Below, piece after piece: positions 16,879 through 24,929 of a stretch of 41,667 nucleotides of DNA (within the stretch, counting starts at the first letter, position 1; the number at the start of each line of letters is the position of its first letter). The notes under the pieces were generated by a model that saw nothing but the letters and a program-made list of their open reading frames with translations, did not search any database and was not told the origin of the DNA. Made by a program: the position numbers and the translations under genes. The stretch covers positions 1 through 41,667 of IMG/VR virus record IMGVR_UViG_2841729706_000003; one strand, given 5' to 3'. The DNA is from a virus (taxonomy: Duplodnaviria > Heunggongvirae > Uroviricota > Caudoviricetes).

Positions 16879-16975
16879 GCCCGCCGCCCCGCGGCAACAA
16901 TCGGGGCGGCGGGCGATCGGCGCGCCGGGAGGATGTGGCGCGGCCGAACTGGAACCGCCGGCGTCAAGCCGGCGG
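16879..16975 (-). terminator. Three consecutive hairpins after the capsid gene (attenuator/RNA stability element)
   Basis: 8-bp stem 16955-16975; bulged stem ~16917-16947; perfect 13-bp GC stem 16879-16891/16902-16914. No clear U-tract. Confidence 0.5.
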
Positions 16976-16982
16976 CAAGCCG

Positions 16983-17876
16983 TTAGGCGAGCCAGGGCGT
17001 GACGAGCAGCTCGGCGGTTGCGCGGTAGGTGTTGGTCGCGCCGGCCGCATCGCGCTCGGCCTTGAGCACGTCGAAGGCAGCGCCTTCGTTCGACGGCGAA
17101 ACGACAAGGAGGTCCGGCCTGAGGCCGAGGGGCCGGCCATAATCGCCCTTCATTTCCATGATGGCCGTGCGGGCAGCGATATAGCGCTGCTTTGTCAACG
17201 GCTGGGTCGAACCGAACGCCATCTGCCAGAAGCCGTAACCGACATTGCGCCGGCAATCGACGCCGTAGACGAATTCCTTGTTCATGAAGACGTTGTCGTC
17301 GCGCGGATCGTCCTTAGCGACGAATGTCGGCTTCTCGCGCTCTTGGAAGATGATCGGCTTGAGCGCCCGGCGTGTCGACAGAAGGAACCAGGGCGCGGCC
17401 GAGCCCTCGTCGGTGTTCGTCACCGAATAGGGCGTGCCGTCTGCGTCAAGAACGGCATGATCGCCGTCAAAGTAGTTCTGGCCGTCATAGCATGGCCGCG
17501 ACCATCCCTCCTTGGCGGCTTCCCAGACCAGAAGATCGGGATGCGCCGCAGTGCTCTCGCCCATCTCCACGAACATGGGTTCGTAGACGCCGAGATTGTC
17601 GTCGCGGATGTCGTCGCGGTCGACGCCCACGGTCATCTCGAAAGGCTTGTTCTTGATCGCGTAGTCATGTTCCGCCAGCCCATGCACCGCGCGTGGGCCG
17701 ATCCACTCGCGCAGGTTCGGCAGCTTGCCGAGCCAGCCATATTTGTTTTCCTTCGTGCTCGACGGAACGGTGGTGGCGATGCGGCTGTAGTCGGTCTCGG
17801 CCTGGCCGAGGCCGCGCCGGAAGGCGGTGGAGAAGCCGACGCGGATAGCGTCGAGATTGGCGGAGTTGATGATCAT
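16983..17876 (-). CDS. Mu gpT-like major capsid protein
   Basis: VPSSTKENKYGWLGKLPNLREWIG, Y.IKNK.FE.TV.VDRDDI.DD.LG.Y.P, LKPIIFQER, G.PLG..P..LVV.P. Confidence 0.96.
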   Translation of the reverse strand: MIINSANLDAIRVGFSTAFRRGLGQAETDYSRIATTVPSSTKENKYGWLGKLPNLREWIGPRAVHGLAEHDYAIKNKPFEMTVGVDRDDIRDDNLGVYEPMFVEMGESTAAHPDLLVWEAAKEGWSRPCYDGQNYFDGDHAVLDADGTPYSVTNTDEGSAAPWFLLSTRRALKPIIFQEREKPTFVAKDDPRDDNVFMNKEFVYGVDCRRNVGYGFWQMAFGSTQPLTKQRYIAARTAIMEMKGDYGRPLGLRPDLLVVSPSNEGAAFDVLKAERDAAGATNTYRATAELLVTPWLA

Positions 17877-17921
17877 GAGCGGAGTCCTGGTTGAGTGACG
17901 GGCTGCTGGGCGGCCGGCCGA

Positions 17922-18374
17922 TCAGGTCGGCAGAGTGATACCGGCGAGGTAAGACTGGACTGCGGCCTCGTCGAAGCGCACCCAGACGCCCAGATCGTCC
18001 AGGTGATCGACATAGCCGGCGATCGAGCGGGTGTTGGTGCCGGAAGTCTTGGCCACCGTCTGGTCGTCGACCGCGTAGACTGGCTTGCCGATGTCGGCGA
18101 TTCCGATCTGGTCGGCGCCTGCGGAGTTGGCGAAGCGGAACGTGCCGGCCCGGTACTTCAGATTGGCAGCCCCGGCCGAACCGGCGTTGATGACGCGCTC
18201 CTCGGCGCGGCCGACGCCAACGAGATTGAGCGCAGCGGTACCCTTGGTCAGGTAGCCGGCCGCGTTGCGCATGACCATCGCGCCGGCATAGATCGTCGTT
18301 GCGGCGGCGACGCCGCCGGAGCGGATGTCGCCGATGGCCTGCGGGGTGTTCCTGTCTTCGGTCAGAGCCGGCAT
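17922..18374 (-). CDS. Head decoration/cement protein
   Basis: 150 aa between protease and capsid; TIYAGAMV..NAAGY...G.A, DIGKPVYAVDDQTV, GVWVRF. Confidence 0.75.
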   Translation of the reverse strand: MPALTEDRNTPQAIGDIRSGGVAAATTIYAGAMVMRNAAGYLTKGTAALNLVGVGRAEERVINAGSAGAANLKYRAGTFRFANSAGADQIGIADIGKPVYAVDDQTVAKTSGTNTRSIAGYVDHLDDLGVWVRFDEAAVQSYLAGITLPT

Positions 18375-18418
18375 GGTCGGAGTCCTTGTGCTTGTTGCGC
18401 GGAAGTGTCGTCAGTCCG

Positions 18419-19015
18419 TCAGAGCGCGGCCGCGCGCTCCGCCTTGAGGGTTTCGGCGTAGTCCTTGGGATCGATGCCAAGCATCTTCGCGACTTCGAGC
18501 TGTTCGGCCTGGAGGGAGACCTCGCCCTCCCTGGCCGGCGGCGTCGCAGGGACGACCGAGCCACCGGCGCCGAGCACCGGCATGGCACTGATCAGCGCCT
18601 CGGTATTGGCGGGGTCGGCCATGTGCATCGTCACGTAGCGGTCGCGCACCGGCTTGAGGCCGACGCGGCCAAGCTTGATCGCATCGTCGACAAAGGTCGC
18701 GGCCGCCTTGCGCTTGGTTTCTTCGGTAAGCGTGTTGAGCGTCGTGGTGACCGTTGCAAGCTCGGCCTGGAGAGCGATCACCGCATCTTCGGAACCGGAC
18801 GACCGCTTCAGGGCTTCGACGCCGATCAGGACCGCGGACGCTTCGGCATCGACCGCAAGCCCCACCGCCTTTGCGATGGGTGAGAGTGCGGCCTGCAGCG
18901 CGGTCGACACCTCGGCCTGGGCCGCATGCATGGAGGTCACGCGCTCGACGAGTTGATCTGCGGTCGTGCCGGCCGGCAGGCCGAGCGCGTTCAAGAGCTG
19001 TTGAAGCAGGTCCAT
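18419..19015 (-). CDS. Nested in-frame scaffolding protein (Mu gpZ-like)
   Basis: Internal ATG with strong SD (CAGGAGAACACA-ATG) right after the protease domain; helical, Ala-rich product. Mu Z is made the same way. Confidence 0.7.
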   Translation of the reverse strand: MDLLQQLLNALGLPAGTTADQLVERVTSMHAAQAEVSTALQAALSPIAKAVGLAVDAEASAVLIGVEALKRSSGSEDAVIALQAELATVTTTLNTLTEETKRKAAATFVDDAIKLGRVGLKPVRDRYVTMHMADPANTEALISAMPVLGAGGSVVPATPPAREGEVSLQAEQLEVAKMLGIDPKDYAETLKAERAAAL

Positions 19016-19519
19016 TGTGTTCTCCTGGTGAAGCGCGGTCAGGCCGCGAAGATTGGGGCGGTTGACGAGCGAGGCGCGCAGGATGGCGGTGATCTCGCCC
19101 GACTTCTGATGCTGAATGACCGGAGACAGCCCGCGATAGGCGCGTCCGGCCACGAGACGTCGGCCGTGCGCGGTCCACTCGACGCGGCCCCATATGCCGT
19201 CCTGGCGATGCTGAAGCTCGACGATCCAACCACGCGCCGGCGCCGGTTCGCCGCGCGGGGCGGCAAGGTCGGTCGCGTGGTTCTCATCGATCGGCAGCCG
19301 GTCCCCGCCGTCGAGGCGGCTGTTGCGGATCAGCGATTGCGGATCGGCCACGCGGTAAGGCCCGCGGTTGTCCCCGGTGCGAATTTCACCTGCCGGTAGC
19401 AGATGAACCCATTCCGGCACGGCCGATCCTTCGGCCGGCAGGTCCAGTGCGGCGCAAAGCGCTACGGCGTCGACCGAAGCGGCGTTGAGGGAAACGAAGC
19501 GAGTGCGGTTGCCAAACAT
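18419..19519 (-). CDS. Mu gpI-like prohead protease (alternative GTG start at 19528)
   Basis: PEWVHLLPAG, LPIDENHAT, PARGWI..L..R.DGIWG.VEWT, YRGLSPV, ASLVNRPNL. Confidence 0.94.
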   Translation of the reverse strand: MFGNRTRFVSLNAASVDAVALCAALDLPAEGSAVPEWVHLLPAGEIRTGDNRGPYRVADPQSLIRNSRLDGGDRLPIDENHATDLAAPRGEPAPARGWIVELQHRQDGIWGRVEWTAHGRRLVAGRAYRGLSPVIQHQKSGEITAILRASLVNRPNLRGLTALHQENTMDLLQQLLNALGLPAGTTADQLVERVTSMHAAQAEVSTALQAALSPIAKAVGLAVDAEASAVLIGVEALKRSSGSEDAVIALQAELATVTTTLNTLTEETKRKAAATFVDDAIKLGRVGLKPVRDRYVTMHMADPANTEALISAMPVLGAGGSVVPATPPAREGEVSLQAEQLEVAKMLGIDPKDYAETLKAERAAAL

Positions 19520-19526
19520 GGCCCGC

Positions 19527-19572
19527 ACATTCGCCGGTCGGCTGTCGGCAAAACAGCCACAAGGTGTTGCGG
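19527..19572 (-). promoter_or_regulatory. Candidate Mor/C-activated late promoter for the head operon
   Basis: AAACAGCCACAAGGTGTTGCGG (19551-19572) matches 32440-32461 at 19/22 positions; GAATGT -10-like hexamer 18 nt downstream on the minus strand. Confidence 0.6.
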
Positions 19573-19741
19573 GGGGATGCCGGCAGTTAGTGAGAATGTG
19601 CGGTCCAATGGCGATTGGAGCCCGACCGGTGACGCAGCGGAGAGAAAGCTGTCACGATAGGCATTAACGGTCAATCGCAATCCCTTGCCTGCACAGACGA
19701 CTCAGGAGCACATTCAGTTTCAGGGATAGGGGGAGGCTCAA

Positions 19742-20773
19742 ATGAACGACGATCCAGATTCGAAACCGGCACCAATCATCGGCCAGGTTACCGATTTGCT
19801 TGGTGCCGGAGCGGTAGCAAGCCGTTTCCTGACCATGGTGGAACGGGGCATAGGGCCATTGCTCGGGCCTCTGGCCGATCGCTGGAAGAACAAGCACATC
19901 CGCGCCGATGCAGACCGATTTTTCTCCGATATGAATTCGAAAGGACTTGCTCCCACATCGGCAGAGCTCACGATCGACGGCCGGGCAAACCTTCGCGTCA
20001 GCTTCGAAACCGTCCGGCAACAGGAAAACCGGGAAGCGATCGCTGTTGAAGGGCTCATCGAGGCCGAACGCATAGCTGGCGAATTGCCTCCGCCAAGCGA
20101 TCCCCTGCCGGACATCGAAGCTGAATGGATCGATCACTTCTGGGATCTGGCCGGGCGTGTCAGTTCCGAAGGGCGGCAAGCGCTATGGGGTCGAATTCTG
20201 GCACGTTCGGCAGCGGGTCGCTTCACGAGCGCTCGCGCGTTGACACTACTTTCCACTTTGAGTGGCGAGGAGGCACGACAGCTTGAAAGATTGGCCCAAT
20301 TTACCTGCCGGTTCGAGATTGATGAAGTCGTCACAGGCTTTGGGCTGTTCCGGCGAATCCCTTCACCTCTCCAGGATTCGGACCGGGCAATTCTAGAAGA
20401 GGCCAACGCCCGTCTATTTGAGAAAATGCAGCCGTTGTCGCAACGTCTCTTTGGGTCGATCGGTATTTTCGTTGAGGACGGCTTTGCGTTCAGTTTCCAG
20501 CAGAGGCCTAGGGGCGACGTCATCAGATTGGCTCTTGCGGGACGTTCATTCCGGCTGCACGGTCGGAGCCGACTAATCAGTCCATTACCTGGCGATACAC
20601 ATGGGTTCGTCGGTTTCGGCAGCGGCGTTGAAATATCCCCGATAGGTGCGGAGATATTCGAACTCATTCGAATCGAACCGAACCACGAATGGTTGCGTAT
20701 TCTTGCTGGAGCGTTCGCGGTACTTGGCTGGCAGCTTTGTGAAGCGGACGGGTCTCCAGTGGCTCCAGGTTAG
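19742..20773 (+). CDS. DUF2806/Abi-alpha-like protein (moron)
   Basis: RQQENREAI...EWIDHFWDLA..VS.EG.Q.LWGRILA...S.RAL.LL..LS..EA pattern. SD GGGGGAGG. Opposite strand to the phage genes. Confidence 0.65.
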   Translation: MNDDPDSKPAPIIGQVTDLLGAGAVASRFLTMVERGIGPLLGPLADRWKNKHIRADADRFFSDMNSKGLAPTSAELTIDGRANLRVSFETVRQQENREAIAVEGLIEAERIAGELPPPSDPLPDIEAEWIDHFWDLAGRVSSEGRQALWGRILARSAAGRFTSARALTLLSTLSGEEARQLERLAQFTCRFEIDEVVTGFGLFRRIPSPLQDSDRAILEEANARLFEKMQPLSQRLFGSIGIFVEDGFAFSFQQRPRGDVIRLALAGRSFRLHGRSRLISPLPGDTHGFVGFGSGVEISPIGAEIFELIRIEPNHEWLRILAGAFAVLGWQLCEADGSPVAPG

Positions 20774-20822
20774 GCGCGCATAGGATAATCTTGGACGCTG
20801 AGCGACGATATGAGGGGCGATC

Positions 20823-22208
20823 ATGGAAAGCAGGCGGCAGTTTGCAACCTCGGTGAAGGCAGTGGAGGCCTTCACCGAAGAGTGGGTCGAGACGATCCTT
20901 AAATTCAGATCACTGGAGGAAGCGGGGAAAACCGTCAGCCAAGCTCAGATCGAATTTCTCGACAAAACGGAATTTCTAAATCATTTTGACGGCAACAATT
21001 TTGTTAGTGCAAATGGCTACGACTATTTGCGCTCTGCGGCAGAACTCGTTCTTCACGAGGACAAACTGCAATTTCGGGTAAGGCGTGAAACGGCTCAGGC
21101 TGAACTCGAAAGAGCTTTCGCGACTGACGTCAAAAAACTCAAGAAAAGACGCCGGTTTTCGCCAAACGCCATTGTGAAGGAGGCGAAAGCGAAACTTCAC
21201 GCACTGCCCTTTTCAGACGGCTTATACGTCTTTCCTGCCATATTTGCACCGAATGCGATTGAGCACTCCTTCCTATGCGGTCCAATAGAAATTGTCCCTA
21301 AGGCTCGATTCTTGGCAGAGAACAAAGCCGCGATCGAGAACATGAAGAAGGAGGAATCGAAAGGTAAGTGGCCGAGTTTGGCCGAGCGATGGGAACAATA
21401 TATCGGTCGATACGATCATTTTGTGACCGTTCACATGGATGGCTTCGAAAGCGAGAGGGCATGGGTGGTTGCACGCGAGAGCGCAGAATTCCTGCTGAAT
21501 CTCGTTCGCATGACATTCACCTTTCAAGTGACGGAAAGGATTAAGCTAGCGGGCGGATTTATTTGGGATGAATCAAGCACATTTCTCATGATTTCGCCGA
21601 GTGGTGGCATCGGTCTTTCCTCACAGGACGGCCCTTGGGGATCGCATCTCGATAATGATTGGACTTGTGAGGTGGATCGACAACTGGGTGCGTCTCGCGG
21701 TTACCTTTCAAGTCTGGCAGCTTTGCTTACCAGCGGGAAATATCCGACTTCGCCAATCCTTGAAAGATTGCGCTATGCCAATCAACTAATCTCCGAAGCC
21801 TATTGCGAACCTCATGATCACATCCGCCTTGTGCGCATAGTATCCGCATTGGAAGCGCTTGCTTTGGTCGATGGGAACGAGAAGGCGCGCCCTGTGGCGG
21901 TGCGTTGCGCTTGCGCCGGCGGTTGGTCGGACACCGCACACGCCATGCGAATCTTTGAAGCCGTAAGCCAAGCCTATCACTGGCGGAACGCAATTGTTCA
22001 CGGTGATCCATCTCCACCCGAAGCAATCAAAGAGGCTTTTCTGCGCCTGGAGCAGTTTTTGGTTCACATCTACGAGGGGTTTGTAGTTCTTTTTGGCGGT
22101 ATCTGGAATGCCAAGAAACCCGAAACAATTCGCGACCTCCGTCGAGAAGTACGAGAAAGGATAGATCTTTTTTTCTGGTCCCCCGAGTTGGCAACCTCGG
22201 ACGGGTAA
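20823..22208 (+). CDS. HEPN-domain protein (ApeA-like architecture), putative RNase
   Basis: C-terminal RLRYA...IVSALEAL...YHWRNAIVHG with R-x4-H at 21984-22001. SD GAGGGG. Low GC (21/60 at 20941-21000). Confidence 0.8.
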   Translation: MESRRQFATSVKAVEAFTEEWVETILKFRSLEEAGKTVSQAQIEFLDKTEFLNHFDGNNFVSANGYDYLRSAAELVLHEDKLQFRVRRETAQAELERAFATDVKKLKKRRRFSPNAIVKEAKAKLHALPFSDGLYVFPAIFAPNAIEHSFLCGPIEIVPKARFLAENKAAIENMKKEESKGKWPSLAERWEQYIGRYDHFVTVHMDGFESERAWVVARESAEFLLNLVRMTFTFQVTERIKLAGGFIWDESSTFLMISPSGGIGLSSQDGPWGSHLDNDWTCEVDRQLGASRGYLSSLAALLTSGKYPTSPILERLRYANQLISEAYCEPHDHIRLVRIVSALEALALVDGNEKARPVAVRCACAGGWSDTAHAMRIFEAVSQAYHWRNAIVHGDPSPPEAIKEAFLRLEQFLVHIYEGFVVLFGGIWNAKKPETIRDLRREVRERIDLFFWSPELATSDG

Positions 22209-22244
22209 ATCCTATTTTTGACCGGACGCCACTAGGTGGGATTG

Positions 22245-24431
22245 ATGGAAGAAATTTACAAATTCAGTGATGACATGCCCGGTCGGAATGCCTTCCGGGA
22301 CGACAAATTGGGATTTCGCCCGTTCGCGTCACGGCTGGCTAAAGTTCTCTTGTCGATGGATGCGCCGAACGGTTATGTCATTGGCCTGCACGGAGTTTGG
22401 GGCAGCGGCAAGTCCACCGCGCTGAATTTCGTTCGTCAGCATGTCGAAAAGCACAACCAGGAGATCGAGCGGCCCGAAGAGCAGGTGGTGCTGATCGAGT
22501 TTCAGCCCTGGCTGATATCAGGTCATCAGGATTTAATCGGTGCGTTCTTCAAGGTCCTGTCAGAACGCCTGCCTGTGCTATCGGAGCAACCTAGCAACCT
22601 ACTTGGCAAGCTTCAGAGTGTCGGGAAAAAGGCCGGTGATCCTATTATCGACGCGGCGGCGGCCATCGGAGCACTTTTTGATCCAACTGCCGGGATTGGT
22701 TCGAAAGCTGTTGCAACTGTCGCGAAGAGCACTTTGAAGGACCGGCTGGATAGATGGCAGGCGATTCCTTCTCTGCAGTCAAGCTATCAAACGCTGGTGG
22801 TCAAGCTTGCCCAGCAGAAGCGCAGAATAGTCGTCTTTATTGACGACGTCGACCGGCTAAGCCAGGACGAAATCCGCAACATGATGCAGCTTGTGAAGTC
22901 CGTCGGCCGCTTGCCGTATGTTACCTACGTTCTTGCCTATGATCGACGCATCGTTTGGGCCGCGCTGGATCGCGAAGATTCCACTCATGAAGGGCCGCGG
23001 TTTGCAGAAAAAATCATTCAGCATGAATTGGAACTTCCGCGCCCGACGCAAAATGCGCTTCTCAGAGTGTTCGATAGTGCGGCCAGGGACTTCCTGGACG
23101 GCATCGAGTCAAACGAACGTCTGCATCGCATAGTTCTTCATGGGCTCTACAATTGGATCGCAACGCCTCGCGACGCGATACGGCTCGCGAACGCGATTAA
23201 GTTCTCCTGGGGTGCCATTCGCGGCGAGATTGATCCCCACGACCTCCTCGCGATGGAGGGGCTGCGTGTGTTCGACTACGACACTTTTCAGTGGTTGAGA
23301 AAGAACCGCGGTTTTCTGATAGGCGATGACCTTACGATGCTCAATGATGACGAGCGCAAGAAAATAGCCTCGAAGTTGCGAACGCAACTCACTGAGAATG
23401 ACAAGAATTACGTAATTGAACTTCTGGCGAACTTGTTTCCCGGACGCGAAAAAGAGCTCCGTGGTGGCCTTCAACATCATGGGGAGCCATATTATTCCAT
23501 AGTGAAACGTGGCGGCGTGGGAGCGGCACAAGGCTACGACGCCTACTTCAGTCTATTTCCACCGGAGGGGGAAATCTCGAAATCAGCCGCTGATAGCCTG
23601 GCCTCCCGTCTCGACGATCGTGAATACATCGAGCAAATGATTGTCGAGACGTTTGGCAATGCCGACCGCAAAGGCGAGCCGCTTGTCGGAAGTTTTCTGG
23701 CACAGCTACACTATAGGATGCTTGGCAATTCCAATATCAAGCCGACAACGCAGTTGCTTGCGGCTCTGATGGCAACTGGTGATAAGATTGTTTCAATCGA
23801 GTGGACGGGCCGCTGGTTTGCCGCTCCGGCATATATCGGGTTGTCCGGCTTATTGAGGGAGATGGTCAAGCGTTGGGGGCAGGAAATGGCGCTTCAAGAG
23901 TTTTGCACTGTGGCCAAGGACGGCTCACCCCTGATGTCCTCTTTCTTGCTCGCACAGGTATCGCCGAGCTTGGCTTCTCAGGGCGCCGATCGCGATGGAC
24001 TTCTGACGGAGGACCAAGCCAATGAGCTGGCGGCAGTAGTTCAGGAACGCATCAGAGATGCAATTGGCAAGAAAGCCTTGCACACTTTGCCCGATCTTTG
24101 GCCGGTTTTTCAAGTGTGGAGGCAAGTGGCTCAATCGGATGAAATTAAGAATTGGGTTTCAGAAACCCTCAGCAACCATCCCAGCTTACTGGCCAAATTG
24201 CCCATCTTCAGAACAAGAAGTGCGAGCGGTGATGGGGTTGACTACTCGCTAGGTTCGAAACCCGATCCGAGCTTATTTCAGATGGAGGACCTCGTGAGCG
24301 CTGCCAACGAGCTCGTCGCCAATGAGGAAACGGACAAAGTCACTCGCGCTAAAGCCGAAGCCATCCTAAGGGGCGTCAGAGATGGCATTCCTGACTATGC
24401 TACGGATGGAGTCGCAGATGACGACCAATAA
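22245..24431 (+). CDS. KAP-family P-loop NTPase with a long C-terminal region (alternative GTG start at 22236)
   Basis: DDKLGFRPFA, YVIGLHGVWGSGKST (Walker A), IEFQPW, VFIDDVDRL (Walker B), YVLAYDR, FAEKII, TPRDAIRLAN. Confidence 0.92.
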   Translation: MEEIYKFSDDMPGRNAFRDDKLGFRPFASRLAKVLLSMDAPNGYVIGLHGVWGSGKSTALNFVRQHVEKHNQEIERPEEQVVLIEFQPWLISGHQDLIGAFFKVLSERLPVLSEQPSNLLGKLQSVGKKAGDPIIDAAAAIGALFDPTAGIGSKAVATVAKSTLKDRLDRWQAIPSLQSSYQTLVVKLAQQKRRIVVFIDDVDRLSQDEIRNMMQLVKSVGRLPYVTYVLAYDRRIVWAALDREDSTHEGPRFAEKIIQHELELPRPTQNALLRVFDSAARDFLDGIESNERLHRIVLHGLYNWIATPRDAIRLANAIKFSWGAIRGEIDPHDLLAMEGLRVFDYDTFQWLRKNRGFLIGDDLTMLNDDERKKIASKLRTQLTENDKNYVIELLANLFPGREKELRGGLQHHGEPYYSIVKRGGVGAAQGYDAYFSLFPPEGEISKSAADSLASRLDDREYIEQMIVETFGNADRKGEPLVGSFLAQLHYRMLGNSNIKPTTQLLAALMATGDKIVSIEWTGRWFAAPAYIGLSGLLREMVKRWGQEMALQEFCTVAKDGSPLMSSFLLAQVSPSLASQGADRDGLLTEDQANELAAVVQERIRDAIGKKALHTLPDLWPVFQVWRQVAQSDEIKNWVSETLSNHPSLLAKLPIFRTRSASGDGVDYSLGSKPDPSLFQMEDLVSAANELVANEETDKVTRAKAEAILRGVRDGIPDYATDGVADDDQ

Positions 24432-24577
24432 GTACTGATAGTCTTTCTATTAAACGGGTTTTGAACGGGTCAGGGCAGCCGGCAAGGCATTTCGTCGACA
24501 CATGGCGCGGACAAGCAGCGCTGAGGTGCCCCAGGGCCACTTTTGGCAAAACTGCAATCTCAGCGTAGGATGGCGCC

Positions 24578-24760
24578 ATGGGATGGCGGGCTGACCTCGC
24601 ATATGACAAGGCCGAACGGGAAGAATGGCGCCGCTTCATGCGGGCGCAGCCTGTCTGGCGGCGGCTAAATATCTACGTCTGGCAGTTTCTGTTCCTGGTC
24701 GCCGTTGCTGTGATCCTTGCCGGCCCGTTCGTCTTCTCCATCATCGGCTCCCCCTCCTGA
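24578..24760 (+). CDS. Small single-TM membrane protein (60 aa)
   Basis: Charged N-terminus, then IYVWQFLFLVAVAVILAGPFVFSII. AGGA upstream. Confidence 0.55.
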   Translation: MGWRADLAYDKAEREEWRRFMRAQPVWRRLNIYVWQFLFLVAVAVILAGPFVFSIIGSPS

Positions 24761-24929
24761 TCGACCGCAAGCGATCGGGGCTCGATCAGTATGAGGCCAA
24801 GGTCCAACTATCGCCGCCGTGGCGAAATGTTATCGATCGACGGATTGGATGGGGCGGTCGCGCCTATCCCCAGTTGGCGCTGCCAGTTGCTAGACCGGCA
24901 ACTTTCTAGCCTTGAAATGGGAGACCATC

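Noticed and set aside
19664-20179. Minus ORF as a third antisense bridge
   Set aside because: It covers only part of the DUF2806-like gene and is not coupled to any phage gene.
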